From Phallusia mammillata (Eukaryota), in NCBI GenBank assembly GCA_965637545.1, contig OZ281495.1, positions 19,716,001 to 19,780,000 of the forward strand: DNA of 64,000 nucleotides, given 5' to 3'. The first letter of the stretch is position 1. Each line of letters begins with the position of its first letter. The notes below the pieces were generated by a model. That model saw nothing but the letters and a program-made list of their open reading frames with translations, ran no database searches and had not been told where the DNA came from. Position numbers and translations under genes: made by a program. Of the stretch, positions 12,201-27,200 are shown piece after piece.

Positions 12201-15200
12201 CGCAATCTCGAATTTCGTCATTTTTTTAAATCGGCCTCATTTAACTTAACCGCCATTTCCCACCTCCTATATGTCATGTGAGTTCGAAGCATTGCGTGTC
12301 ATGTAATGCTCTTACAAATTCTTCACCTACAAATCGTGACTTCCATTCCGCAAAAAATTTGGTCACCATTACTGGCATGACGTCAAATCCCTAATTACGT
12401 GTTCCTGCACTTTCCAGCGACAATGGGGGTGACCATTGGTCCAGGTCCCTGTGTGACCTACTTTGAATCGCGCGAAGGCATTTCCATATTCATGCAGTTA
12501 GCGCTTGTAATGCCACGCCCACACAAAATATTGATGTGAAAATTGTGACTGGGCATATTTGGTGGGGCGTGTTCAAGATTCGACAAACAAGCTCTTGCGC
12601 TTTCTCGCACTTTCTCGGGCCCCGAAACTGCTGGTCAGTGTGTGACTTGCCGATAAATGAGTTGGTCGTGGTGACATTTCATGTGCAAGGGGAATGACGC
12701 ATCGGGGTTTGGCAAGCATTTGCTGTTCTTTGTAATTAAAACACAACGTTTGCACGCACCTGCTATCCGCTGCAAGCCTGCGATTTCCACGGGATTTTTT
12801 TGTATTCCTAACGGAAAAATTTTCAGACTGAGAAACTACGTGTAGGTGGACGTGACTAGACATCTTATGACCAATCCCAATAGTGATAAACATCAGTGAC
12901 ATATCTACGTAATTGCGGTCACTGCGTCGCGAAAGCCGATGTTTGAGTCAACACATATTATGACGAAAATACCGCGGAAATAAAAATAATCAAAACACTG
13001 TATTTAGCGAACACTTGTTTGTCGTTGAGTCTATCAAACCAATCGGCGGCAATTTTCCACTCGATGGCGCAATGGATCGAAGATAGTTCTAAAATGGTGT
13101 TTGTTCGGTTTTAAATTAAGTGCTTAAGGCGAAATGGCAAACCGCGCCTCACACAAAACTAAACTGGGAATATTTACAAAAAGCAAGATTCAAAGTCGAC
13201 TATTAAAAAAATCTACAATGAAAAAAAAAAAGCATTTCCGATTTAGAAATGTTTTTTTCTATCTTACAAATTAGCGTTAAAATTAAAAAAAAAAAAAATT
13301 AAAAACGTTTGCGCTATCTACAGGTCTTTGGTTTCCGGAATTTATTGTGTGTCTGTTACAAACAGCCGTCGAAAATATTGACCCCACTCAGCGCAAGTTG
13401 CATAGCTGCCGAAAATATTTATCGTGCATTTGGATAGCGTAAAGCGGTGACATCAAAGTTTTGAAATCGATTTATCGGTCGCTTTCATGCTGCGCTTAAG
13501 TGTTGAACAATTGTTGATAGCCGGTTATCGTTTGTGTAACACAGGTGTTGCGCCTCACTAAAATTACAACCTGCTTTGTCAATTCTTTACAAGACGTTAA
13601 ACATTTTTGCACATATCGGCCGACCATGGCGTAATTGTTATTTCGACACCTGAATTATGCTTTGTGACAACGTTACAATTATCACAGTGATTCAGCGATG
13701 CTCTTCGTTGTGGGACGAAGATTTTTTAAAAGAAATATGTGTATTTTAAGGACTAAAATGAGTCGATACACACGTTCTTAAAGTTTTCGAAAATCGTGAT
13801 TTTATCCTTTGTAACTGTTAAACATGCTACAAGGAGTTATTCAAACCTTTGTCAACAGCTTTTGATAAAAGTTTATTTTTGTTTGCAAATATAAAACCTA
13901 GCAGAAAAAATTAAATAATCTCCTCACCTTTAAGAAGGGCGGCGACGAAAGCCAGTAGCATTCTTTGAAGAGGATTCATTTCTTCTTTTTCTTTTTAAAC
14001 TCAATCAATTCAATATTGAACTCTAATATGATCTTTGCGTAACGTCTACGAACATGTGAATGGTAACCGGTTACTGTTTGAACATTTTATGGTCAGTCAA
14101 ATACGCTATGAATCATGTAACTGAGAAACTAATGACTTCAGCACTTTCCTTCCTGCTCTGATGCTTCGGCGTAGTGACGCATCAAAAATCGTCACCTCCA
14201 AACTAAACTGGGGACATCGAATTCGAATTGGTAAAAAAGAGTTATTATTGGGCGTACTGAAACAGATGTTTCCTGGGAATCAATTTCGCCTCCGGGCCAT
14301 ACGAGTGGTAATTTCGTATCGTTTATCCTTTAACAATCTCACCAAAAATGCCGATTTGCCGGTGTGAAAAAGATCTTTTGCATCTCAGCGGCCTTGTGGT
14401 ATACAGCTACTTGCCTTGCCATTGGACCTGACCTAAAGAATAGTAAAAAAACAGGTTGCTCAACCTCCAAACCTTTTCTTCTTAAACATCCACCGTTTCT
14501 CGATACTATTTTCTGGCAATGGGGTGCTCTTTTTTATTTCAAACAAATTGATTAGAACCACTGCTATTTGTTCCCAACGGCCTTTACCGCTACATAATCA
14601 CTTGTGCAATCCTTCGGCGACTTTTGTCTCTAGCGGGCAGCGGACAATGTTGGCTCGTTTTATACCTGGCACCGCAGCTCTTAATCCGATTTCCAATTGA
14701 ACTATCTCGATGGCCGCGAACCTTCATAACTTCGTCCACTCGCTTGCGTTCATAAATTACTGCTTCGGTATATCCACAACTGGTCTGTAATAATTCATCA
14801 CACATAATATGAAAGGAATACTTTAAATTCGACTTAATATAGAAGTCGGGGAGAGTCGTTATTGTCGTGTCTGGTTAAAATGACGAAAACAAATGAAACA
14901 GTCCGACTATATCTATCAGTTATTTATTTTAGTACGCGCTTGCGTCAGGTTGTGTCTGCCTGTGGCAAATCGTGTAAGATGACCTATACCACGGGTGCGA
15001 CGTTCACCATACATGGAAAGGTTGCCCGTTATACTATACGTTTCTCTTTAGACCAATTTTAACTGGGATTCACCTCGTGGCAACTTTGCAAGGAACTTTA
15101 AAAGGCAGCGCTGTCGATCTGAGCCTGCCTCTAATACGAACCAGGAAGTCTAAAAAAATCATGTCCTGCATCAACCACCACCAACAACAAGACCCACTAT

Positions 15201-18200
15201 GGAAACATGTCATTTCTCGAACAGCTACAAAAATAAATCCCGATCTAAATACAAGCGAGTGACTCTGCTGTGTTGCGATCTAAAAACGGGGACTTTACGA
15301 AGACCGAAAGTTCCTATTCATTGCTGCTGTTTCGTGAACTATACTCCGCTTCTGGTCTATGCAACATGCAACATTAAGTAACAATTTGTGAAAAAGTCCT
15401 CGTTTTAGTGTATTAAATCCAATTGCACCTTCCGGCCCAAACCGACTTAAACCCAACCTTGGGGTGAGGCGGACGGTTTGACTGCTGGATAATGTCTATT
15501 TAATATCCTGTCTCAGTGCAAGCTGACACAGACCTAACCCATGCTTATAATTTGTTTAGTTTGCATTAGACGCCGTAGGCTAGATTATTTTTCGGTGTTC
15601 GCTTACCAAGAACCTTGCAAAATGAAGCGTTTTTGATTTCAAATGCGTTTTTGTAAATGTCAACGAAAGGTGCAAGTAGTGATTTGCCGTCGTTTGAAAT
15701 GTGAAACTTTTCTGGTCTCGGCCATACTACGTGGCAAATGATACAGCATTTTAGGGTAAATGCATTTTCTACAAAGCCATTTTGGTTATTAAAAGATTTT
15801 TTATCACAGAAGCGCCGACGTCACCACAACCGGAAGAAAATCGACGAGGCTATCTTTCGAACCTTCCCTTATCAAAGCAACCTGCTCTGCTGAACTCCAT
15901 CATAAAAGTGCTGCGTTTGCAGGTACATGCACGCAATATAGTTTTAATTAGCCCCTTGAGTTATGCACAGACCTTTTGCAACCTTCAACGGATCTCCACA
16001 TCAGCTATATACAATGTCACAGTTCGATTTAACTATTAAACGTTCTAGCAGTCGACATCATGCAAAGTTTGACTGTTAAATACCAAGGCGCACTTAATTG
16101 AAACGCTTATTATCACCCGGCAGCTTGTGGGAATACGTACGAATATTATTCTCTCTTATTTGTATGGTTGCTCGCAATATACTATTTCACAGACAGTAAA
16201 TGTATGTTTAATTAAAAGTGTCGACATTTTTCAGTATTTTAAGTGTCTTTTTAAATTTTTGGCTTCCGTACCACCAGGGAAGGCTTCCGATAGCTCCCAC
16301 TTTGCACGATTTTACTTAAAAGGCTGTTTGAAGAATTTTTGCTTCAGGCAAAGCCAACCTTGGTACTAGTGTAATTTTGTTTGTTTTCCCTTTCCATTCC
16401 GACATGCGTTTTAGACCGGAAAATTAGGCATGTCACTTGCTATGAACAACTAATTTTTCATATTTCGACTCTCAAGTTTAACCTCAACTAATAAAATCCG
16501 GTGCACCTCGCTCGCCCTTTTCGTCGCCAGTCCATCTCCGCAAAGATCTGATCAACTATGATTTTTGTTTAGCTACGCGCTGATATATTCTCGAGAGTGC
16601 TGACTTCAAGATTTTGCAACACGGTTTAATTCCAGCTGACTAAATGATGCTATTGCGAAATTACTGTGTATTTTTGCCAAACCGCAATTTTCTTTTGAAT
16701 GCTTCCGCCTTGAACACATGTAACTTGTAGCACAGGTTTGTATTTAGCTTCTGCGACGGACAAATTTCTCGGTGGTAATTTTGTCCGGAATTTTAAAGGT
16801 ACTTGAAGGCGACTTTTGGTTAGCAATGGCAATTCACAAGTGGGAACAAAAGCTATGCTAAGCACGGACGACCGCATGACCCGATTTTACTGTTTTGAAT
16901 CTTGTAATTTGCTCGCGACAACAACATTCAACACAATAATTAAAAACCTCAAATGCCTTAATTCCCCTCCTTCGAATTCCTTGCAGTCTGCTCGAGAACT
17001 TCATTCTGATTGGTTGGATTTTGTGACGTCGTCGCTGCCCCACATGTCACGTGCCCTGCCCACTATGCTGACTCCGCTTACGTTACAAATTTGCCGAAAT
17101 TTGGAGAACGCCGCCAACTGTTATGTAACAAGCAACACTAAAGTTCCATCTGGAGAGGTAACGTAAAAATGTTTTTTTACCTTTCGCATAGTGAAATTGC
17201 ATTGTCTAAAATATTTTTACTATTTACGCCACAATAAAATTTGTACCTCAAACGCACTAATGTAAATTTTTACCCCGGTTTAAACCAACTTATATCTGTG
17301 AAAATTGGGTGTCTGTTTGTAAAAATAATACTCGCTGTTTGGACTTTGAGCGTGCCCTTTTTGTACATACTTTATATTTAGAAAGTTAAACTCCAATGCC
17401 TGCAAACATGACGAACCATGATTTGCATTTTCAAAAGTACAATGTACATTATATCAGGACATAGCTTCATGCTTCTGGTTAGATGATGAAATGTTGCACG
17501 GCGGGACGTACGTTTCGTCAGAACATTTTCTTTCTAGAGCAGTGGTTCCCAACCTTTTCGTAGTCACGGACCCCTTTTATAAATTTTATAGGTCCGCGGA
17601 CCCCCAACGTAATTTAGTCTTGTTTTGTTTTTCGTTTCCTGCATTATACGGTATTACTTTTGCCTTTTTAATCAAAATTTAATGAACCTTCACAGTGCTT
17701 GAATCTCAATTAAGTTCTATACTAAAGCAGTCAACGCAACTAAGAGAAAATTTTTCTGGGGTACAAAACCTGTAACAAAGCACTATATGTTTGATTGTTC
17801 TTGTGTGTTGTGATGTCACAATTGAGGTAACAATCACAAAAATGTTAATTTTCCCGAATGTTTAATAAACAGTTTGCACTTGCAAGCAAGATTGTAAAAA
17901 CGGTTCGAAAGCTCACAAATTTTTTATTGTTGGTTAATGGTACTTAGAATGTTTGCCTCCACGGACCCCCTAAAACCATCTCACGGACCCCTTGGGGGTC
18001 CGCGAACCCCAGGTTGGGAACCACTGTTCTAGAGGATCTATGTCTGTTTTTAGTCCTGGAACTTGCACAGCGTAAAAGCGTGTTTGCCTACAACAAAACC
18101 TAGCAAACAATACTTTTTTAAGTTTGCTTATTTTCTCTACGTATGTACACTGAAAAAAGGTTGAAAATTCTATTTTAAAATACAACTATAAACAACTTTT

Positions 18201-21200
18201 CAAACTTAAGTCAAAAACAACTATTCAGTCTGGGCGCTCGACATGTTCGAAAAATCGTTTTTCAGACTATATGTCATTCTTTAATTCTACGAAAATCTTA
18301 TTACTGGGTAAGATAAAATGTGGTTTCAAATTTTCGCTTTATAACTATTATTTATAACTAGTTTTTGGCACGAAATTGCTTTTGGCCCGAAAGTTTTTCT
18401 TATTACCTGCTGATCATTTTTTTCTCTATACAATTACGAATATTTCACTAGTTTAGAAACATGATTCGGCAATTCCAAATTCCATGACAGTCAATTTAGC
18501 CGTTGTCTGTACACAGAATATGAGTAATAATTATGCCGTATAATGTAATTTCTTTAAAGAATGTGATAATTATCTCAACAACCTTTCATTTAAGCTTAAT
18601 TGTTGCAATTGATGACTTGACCAATTTCAATAATGTTTCTTTTTGATTTCAATTTCAAAAGATTGTTTTTTATGTTATGAGCGGTTTGAATTCAAAGACA
18701 CAGGCCAATGAGATATTCCTTTCATTGCCCGCTGTGTTTTGAATGCTGGATCGTACTATTGTTTCTCAATATTTTAGGTCTCGGCCTTTTTTGCCTCGAC
18801 TTGACCACTCGCAACCTAACATGAAACTGTAACCTTAAGAAGAGTATTGAAATAAAAATAATTTTGTTTATCGTGTAGTGGTAGCGAAATCCCGAAAGCC
18901 TTTACGAACAACTTATCGGATTTAAAAACACTTGTTTAGTAGCTAAATTTATTTTTTCGTGTGTTAAAATAGCAAACAAATTTGGATTTGTTCATCCTTG
19001 AGCTGACAACAATCATTACATTCACGGATTCCGTCATTTCAAAAAATCCTTTTTGTTTTCGCTTCTGTCGAGGAATGGCTGAACCTAATGTTGGGCGTTC
19101 CCAATTGGTCACTTGAACGATTGACCCGGCATTAAACTGACCGGAATTTAAATTTGCTGGAACGTTTCTGACCCGCCATTGTAATCCGTCAGTGTCGGTT
19201 TTCAACCGTTTACCACGATTTATCGAATAGCAAGGAGATAAGCTTGGTATTCGCGATAGCAACTAAGACCATTGTTTCGTAACAAAGGACGTCAGAGGTT
19301 TGAATCACTAAGGATAAGATTTAATCGGATAATCGGTATGTGCGACTAAAACACGATGACGTCACAGATTTTGACGTCACTTTCTGTTTGTTGGAAACTT
19401 TTGAACATTTCCTTCGAAACTCTATCGTCGAAATTCATTGTTCGAAAGTTGTTAAGTTCGAAAGTTTAAAAATCTAATAATATATTTGGGTAAAAATAGA
19501 AATTTCGATCCGGAAATATAACCAGTGGACACAAACTGCTTTGAGTCTTTTACTTGTAAGTTACATGGGATTTTGACGGTAATTCGGCACAAGCAAAACG
19601 CAACAGCCGTAAACTTATTTTGACACAGTGTACGTTTCAGAAATCCTGATATTGTACAGAAAAGCATATGTATACGACCAAAGCATGAAGTCTTTTTTAG
19701 TGATGACCTTTTTTAGACTGTTGACATTTTTTTCAAAATCTAAAACTGTATTTGTTACAGCTAAGGTAACTGAAAAAATAGGTAACATACATTGTTTAGA
19801 AATGTCCGTAAATTGCCACGTTTTTGTTTTTCCAGTTTATTGTATTTAATGGTTAAAACCCGGTGATCCCAACAAAAAACATCATTGCCCCGTATAATGC
19901 ACCTTAAGAAAAATATGCCTGACTTGCATATTTTCATTACTTCGAAATCATATTTGTTGGAACTATCGTGCAATCAAACATGCTTCAAAAATGTAAAACA
20001 TTGTTGTTCATTTCTCCTATCAATTCTGAAAACACATCGGGATTTTTTTTCTTCGCGCAAGTTCTTTTCCTGGACTTGTGTATTTACAACGTTGCAATTT
20101 CACAACATTACGTCACACTACTACCGTGTAAATTCGTGACGAAAAAGTGTCGTCACCCAAAACAGATCTCGTGTTTGGTCGTCGAACTCCTTCCTTAAGA
20201 GTTTGCTTGTTTAATAAACACGTTTGTTTGAATAGCCTTACAAGCCTATGAAGTCGAGTCGGGATTAAGCTATAGGATTATGGCGGTTTAAACATTCGCT
20301 AAATTGCCTTTAGCCATCCAAAATTACCATGCAGCTCAAGATTAAGACACACTGTTAAAAAACACCCGAGTATTCGTGCCCACTTGCACAATGGCTGGAT
20401 ATTAATCTATGACTTAACCCTGGAATGTGGCGTTAACCCAGCGTGTAATTTTCCCCATCCTGTGACCATGTAAAGTCTAGCCAGACCTTTCAAGACCCTT
20501 TATCATACTGTTGCTGCTTGCTAATTATCTAAATGATTTGCGTTGGTTGGAAATGTTAAAGCTTTAAACGTCGGTTGGTCTTTCTTATTTCCTAACGTAC
20601 AGACAAAGTGAGAAAGGTGTTTCTCTGTGAAAAATGTGCGACCCTTTTAGCTGTCTGCGCCAAGTCAGCATGAAACATAGTGTAATTAAAGTAAATGCAA
20701 AAATAAAATGAGGCCAACTGAGACATCATGATAATATTTTGGAGAACTATATTTCCTATTTATCTGAATCTATTAGTAAAATTTTCTTCAACTGAACTTG
20801 GGTTTTTGGTACAGTTTTTCGGTTTCGCTTGTCACACAAAGATCGAAATCCCGTGACTTTTGGTACTCTCCCTAATCTATTGTTTTTTGCAGGGTGGGTT
20901 TCCAGTCGACTATGTGACGTCACTACTGCAAAGTCTGCGAACTCTGACGCATTCCTCCTTGTTGTTACCTGCTTCCGGTGCTTCGTCGCTCGTCATAGGT
21001 GTGCGAGAAATCTGAAATGATTTATTTAATATATAGTTTTTGATTCTATATCTTATGTATAAAATATATAAGGTGTGAAGAGTATAGTTTTCACTGTATA
21101 CACAAAATTTTTACCTTGTTATAATTACATTTGGCTATCTGGTACTTGGATTTCTTGACCAAAGTTTATTCAAGGCCGAAAACTAAAAAAAGCTCATCTA

Positions 21201-24200
21201 AACGCAAGACACTTTACATAGATCGTGAAACTGGTTTAACTTATACTATATTTGTTCTGTACGTCGTAACGAAACAGTCATGTTGTTATTGCGTACGTTG
21301 GGCTGTTACGTGGAACACGTTTTTTGAACGTTCGGGCAACTCATGTCGGATTGACGCAAATTCGACAAATTTTAGAAACAAAAAAATGTCAAGGAAACAA
21401 TCTGCAAAAGCAGTATTGCCGCTTGCAAGCGAAGTATTGTAAGCTGACTGTCAAGTCTACGGACACGACTCTTAATCCGGCAGTTTCAGCATGTTTTGTG
21501 ACTCACTCGCTTTTTATTCATATAATTTTTTTATGGACTTACAGACGTTGACGCGTGTGGTGGCATTTGCTGTCAACCAACGTTAAACTATTTTATAATG
21601 CGGTTAAACTTGTCACAACTTTGCGTGCCTTGATTTGTGACTTTTCCCAAATGTTACTTATTTTGGTTTTATCCATTCACCAGCAGGACTGACGAACCCG
21701 TCTGATCGAAAACCGTCGCTAGTGGCAACAGCCAATCCCGCTCAAGCAAGTCAGACTTCGACATCTCTTGGTTTTTCGGCACTCGGAAGTTTGTTTAATG
21801 TTTTCAGCTCAAACAACACACTGCGGGTACTACTTGTTTTTATGTCAGAATTTGTTACATATTTTCTGTAATATTATGTATGTTGTTTATAATGCGACAT
21901 ATTTTTCGACATAAATGTATTTTTCCGGTCTATATCTCCCACCAGCATGTTACGTAAGCGCATAACACTCAAGTAAAAAAGTAATTGTGTATCGTGTTTA
22001 TAAACGCATCTTGTGACAGACCCGCCCAGACGGGTATTTCCTAACCAACCGGTATCTTACCAACTTAAATCTAACCAAACCCACCGCATCGCAGTTAAAC
22101 GCATTCCAATAATCTCTAACGCCGCTTTATTGTTCTCACATAGTTTCCTGCGATAGCATTATAGCAAGAAGTGCCACCAGGCGAAGGTCTCGACAAAAGT
22201 GGATTAAACCGGTCAAACTGTATGCAGATTACTGGGCCTGTGCACGTCCTCTTGTTGCGAGGACATTTTTAAATTATTGTCATTTTTCTTCACTTGACCC
22301 TTGTTGCGTGATTTACGATGCACGTGACCGTCACTCACGATATTAGATAGCCACTTTTATTGCGAGCTAGATTTATGATTTCTACTTTAATGTGGGAAAT
22401 GTAAAGGGTCAACCACGATGACATTTCAGAAAATACCTGTTTATCCATGTAATTTGTCCTGTCGTGCGTCGTTTACCTCGAAATACAACATGGGATTTGT
22501 CCCTTGTTTGTACCTGTACTCCTGAAATCAATTATCCTAATCTGGCGCCCTAAGGCATGTTTCGACCTCAGAAAGCATGCACGCTGTTCGGTTTTATAAT
22601 GTGGACATGGTACTGGATTAAGGTGGCGGTTTTTCGCTGAAAAGTTTGGCCAATTCAAATGCTCTAACCTTTGTGCCGAGTGTGGTGATTTTTTTTCAAC
22701 ATTTTAAATCATGTTCGCAGCCAAAAAAAAGTATACGCCCGTGCTAACCGCAATACTTTAAACTCGTTTGTTTAGTTTTTTTAAATAGCATCTAACTATT
22801 TTTGCGATTCTAGTAGCGTCTATTGAATCTGATCGCCAAAATCTCCTCGAGCGATTCCGGTCGTGCAATAAGCAAGTTTTATCATTTCAGCCGCAACACA
22901 GTGTTGACGATCACGAACTTACGGAGGAGGCGGCTGAGGCGAAGCGAATCTCCCTCAACAATCTGTCAAGGGTTTTATCGTGTCTGGCATCGATATGGAA
23001 CAAGTCGACCAAGACATACCCTTCATCCATACAGGTGAGATTGGGTATTGTGCCAAACAACCAAATATGCCTTGACGAAGAATTTTATAGCGTCCAAACT
23101 CTTAAACCTTGCAAGAAACTTTATTTTTGTTCATTCATTTTCTCGTCAAAACAAATTGACACGACCAAATCGAAGTGTTACAAAGACATTTCGTTTGTAC
23201 CCTAACCAATTTTTAGCAATTGGTTCTGAGAAACTTTGGCAGCAGAATTGAAAAACATGTTAAATTATATTGATACCAATCTTGCAATTTACCCCGCGTA
23301 CTTTTTGTTGGTACGTGACGTCACAAACGCTGTAAATGACGTTGCATTAATGTCTCGTGACTCAGCAAAGTTTTTTCCTTTGAGGTGATTTTGACCTTGT
23401 GTGTTGTCATTTTGACGTCATTATGCCCTGCGGTTCACATTTCGCGTGTCCATTGTTTTCATAAGTGGCAAACTCTTAGCTGTAGCCAATCCAACTGCAA
23501 AAATTTCTCACCAGCTTTACCTGAAATTTTTCATTTTTGTACTCGGGTAACATAAGATTTTAAAGTATGTCGAATTTGAATTGAATAGCGTGTGTTTACA
23601 TTGTTTGCTTGTCACTGCAATACTAGGAATTGTTACATCATATATCGTACATGATGTGCTTGATCTGTCACTTATCACGTTAAGGTTCAATGCAAAGTTT
23701 ATGTTGACAGACTAAGCATTTTCGTAAATCTAATCCCTTTGTCATGAGACACTTTGAAAATATGCTTCAAAACTACTTGCTTCAAGGGATAACTGGTAAT
23801 GAATTACGTCAATGTATTTTAAAGCGCGTTAGTTGATTCATCCGCATTGTTTTGAGAATTATTATTGTTTGATTTTTTACCACTTGTTTACAAAAATACG
23901 AACATTTATGTGATGTGAAACAAACAAAGGAAATTCTTTTCAAATGCATTTTAATTTTTGCTGTTACGTAATCTCGTTTTATGGATTTTCAATTCGCAGG
24001 AATACAGGTGCGCATATCTCACAAGAATGTTGATTAGGGCTAAATTATGCTAAATTAAAACGGAGGGGGTTGGGTTCTTCCGCAAATTGGCGGATGAAAC
24101 TCCTCCTTAAACATGACAGTTTCCGTACCGACCGGGTTTGATCATCTGGGTTCGTCATAAAGTTGAGCCTAAAAAACATACTTTGTAATTTTTTTCGGGT

Positions 24201-27200
24201 ATTCAACAAACTTGCATCATGCTGTTGACATTTTTTAAACCACAAATAATCATTGGTTGGTTGAGTATGGAATAAAAATAGCCGAAGACTGTGTGGAGCT
24301 CGTTATTGGCTCATTTGCGGTGATACGTCAGAACGCATCATTATTATTCCCTCGTACGTGACTTTAAACTGCACATCCATCATGTGTCGTTTAAAAAAAA
24401 CAATTTGGGAGCAATGTCCGGCCAATAAACGTGAAAAGAACGGTGTCCGCAAGTATTGATGCAAAATATAACCAAGATTTGTTTTACCTAACATACAACA
24501 AACTGTTCACTATAAGTGACATCGTCTTTTTGTTACGTAAAAATAAGTATCCAATGTTAGGATAAAATAAACGAGGCTTTTTTTCAATATTTAGTCTGTT
24601 GGATATGTATGTAGTAAAAATCTTAATGGACTTGAATTTGTGTATGCCAACTGTTACGCGAATATTTGTCACAGGGCATGACCACAATTAACTGAAGAAA
24701 TATCCAAAAAAAAAAAATGCGAAAACTTTCAAATGACGAAATGTGCATTATTTTGTCCGAACAAGTAATATTGTTTACACTTTTATGATGTAACAGCTAG
24801 GTTATTGAAGAAAAACTATAAAATTTGACGTTTCAAACACAGGTGGTATGGGCAGTATTAGTGTAGTTCATTTATAACTGTTTATTTCTTTGAGTTTATA
24901 ACTTTGTCTTTCAATCTAGTGATGTATGTTAAACTTGATTGCTGTTTTATTGTGTATTTTTGGGTTTTAAATATTCCTGGTTACATGTGTTACGCGAATA
25001 CTATACGAAGCCCCAGGCGCGGATAGAAAAAGTGCAGGAAATACTGTTTTCAAAAAGGACATAAAACTCTTTGTGTATTTGCAGAACCTCATAGCGCCAC
25101 CTGGCGTCCAAACCACAGTTACCATGGGTGATGAGGATTCAGTTTCACAGGGCGTCCTCCAACTCCTTAACCCGATCGCTCTGCAGGTGACGTATCTTCT
25201 GATAATTCTTTGTCCCCGAAAACACAGGCGTTTTTATTTACATTTGAGACCGGGTGCTTTCCAACCTCACCACTCGTACAGCCTCATGTCGGATTTGAGC
25301 CACTAATCGCTGTCACCACGCCAAAGCCCGTGCTTGACCCAACAAGACGGTGCCGTTTAGTATCAAGGTCTTACGATGTGGAGTGCTCCGTAAATCCGAC
25401 CAACTGTTGTCTGTTGGGCATTGAGCCGGCGAATAAATGCCGTCTTTCATTCTTTTGGGCCATTTGGGAGTTTGTTATGATATGACACATTGGTAAAAGC
25501 AGACACATAACTGTGGTATTGTACCGGACGATGTAGCCGGACTTAATAAAGTCACATAAATCGTGGTCAATTTCACAGATAACAAGCCGCCCAATGCAAA
25601 TTTGCGACTTACAATGGTCATATGTGTCTCCCCGGTCACTTTCTCTCAGATGCGTCCCATTTTGTAACAAATGTAACAACAAGCACATTTGTTTGTATAA
25701 AATAAACTGTTTCAAAATATTTCTGTGACGTTGCTAAAATTCGTCATATTTCCACGTCATGACACCTCATACGTCAACCCACTGCGTTATTTTTTTACCG
25801 AACCGGCACAACCTTCGTATAACCCGCAAAGCCATATCACCTGTCGCGAATATATCCGATCAACATAGTTTTGCGACTTTTGATCATTCCACTAATCGTG
25901 CGCACGCCACCAAATGTTTGCAGTACGGCGAAAATCTCTTCAATGCGCTTGCCATCATCTGGGAACGACGTGGTCGGTCGGCGATGAAACGAAAACACAC
26001 CAACCTTCGTCAACCAAACGATCAACAACTTCAGCTTGTCGACGTCACGTGCAGCATCCGAGCTCTTCATTGTGACGTCGTGCTGGGCTTAGTGAAGCGT
26101 GTCGTCACACTGCCACCTGATTATCCGGCTTTATCCGGTAACACCAAGAGACAAACTCCAAACGAGGTGGGAATTTTCACTCTTCTCAACTTGAGGATTA
26201 TTTGCATCGGAGACGCTGACTAACGATTTTTTTTCACAGGAATGTCTCCTCAACTTTGTCTTGCGTTACATCCAACGTCAAACACCTTCGGTTTTGCGTG
26301 ATTCACGTTCTAGCATGTTAACGTTAGTGCGAGAGTGCCTGGCGCAAGGACCACCTGGCGCGAATTTGGCTACAAATGAAGTTGCCACGTCAGGAAACAC
26401 AGCAGCGCCACCCACTGGCAGGCGGCAGCTTGGTGCAAATTGTCATTTCCTTCTTCTTCAGCTGGTTGCCGAATACGCAAGAAGTGCACACAACAGCGAA
26501 GACAAGAAGGAACTGAAAGAAATGCAGGTAATGACTTGTTTGTTTTGTTTTCCGTAATATTTCTTGTGCTTGGCATTCGCTTTTAGATTCTATTTTCTAT
26601 GAATTGTTTCCTTAAGGTAACATTTTAACACATTTGTTTTCTAATGTGAATCTTGTTTGCATACCCAATCATTTCTGGCTTGGTGTAGCTGTAGGTCAGG
26701 AAATCGACAAAATGTTTACAATTTATGTTTTTTAAGTACAGTTTGACGAACCGGCACTCTAGTTTACAATAAAGCACAGTTTAATTTATTCAGTCGATCA
26801 TATGTAGGCTATAAATTGATTTCGCTTTTTGTTGTTGTTAGGAAGTCACAATTAAATGTATTGAATCATGTAACGCGATCGTTGATTCGTCGCTTGAACA
26901 TGGCGGTTGGTTGGCGAGAAAAGCTCCAACGGTGTTACCGGCGTCACAACACGAAGTTCAGCATCACCTCACTGAATCTGGATCGTCTGTGGATTTACTT
27001 GGTAAGTTGGATATTTGTTGACGAAATATGGCCATGGTATATTATATTGGTTGTGGCTTATTGAGTAAATAGTAAGGGAAAAACGCGGTGCAGTACTGTA
27101 TCCACCTTTTCTTGTTTGTTCTCAATAACTTTTCATTCTAACATGTTTAATACACAGATCCTCATCCTGAAAAGGAAGATTCTGCTTTAAAACTTGCCTC

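Noticed and set aside
12355-12500. Minus-frame [10 protein letters not shown] resembling a sushi C-terminus
   Set aside because: It is bounded by stops, lacks the upstream sushi cysteines and has no suitable splice sites; probably chance.
18936-19262. 108-aa minus-strand ORF
   Set aside because: Non-ATG start, no recognisable domain and no supporting splice structure.
20400-20510. Minus-frame VTGWGK resembling a trypsin motif
   Set aside because: Only ~30 codons between stops, with no GDSGGP or other protease motifs nearby.
25371-25715. 114-aa minus-strand ORF with donor/acceptor-like sites
   Set aside because: I could not assemble a coherent reading frame or recognise any homology.
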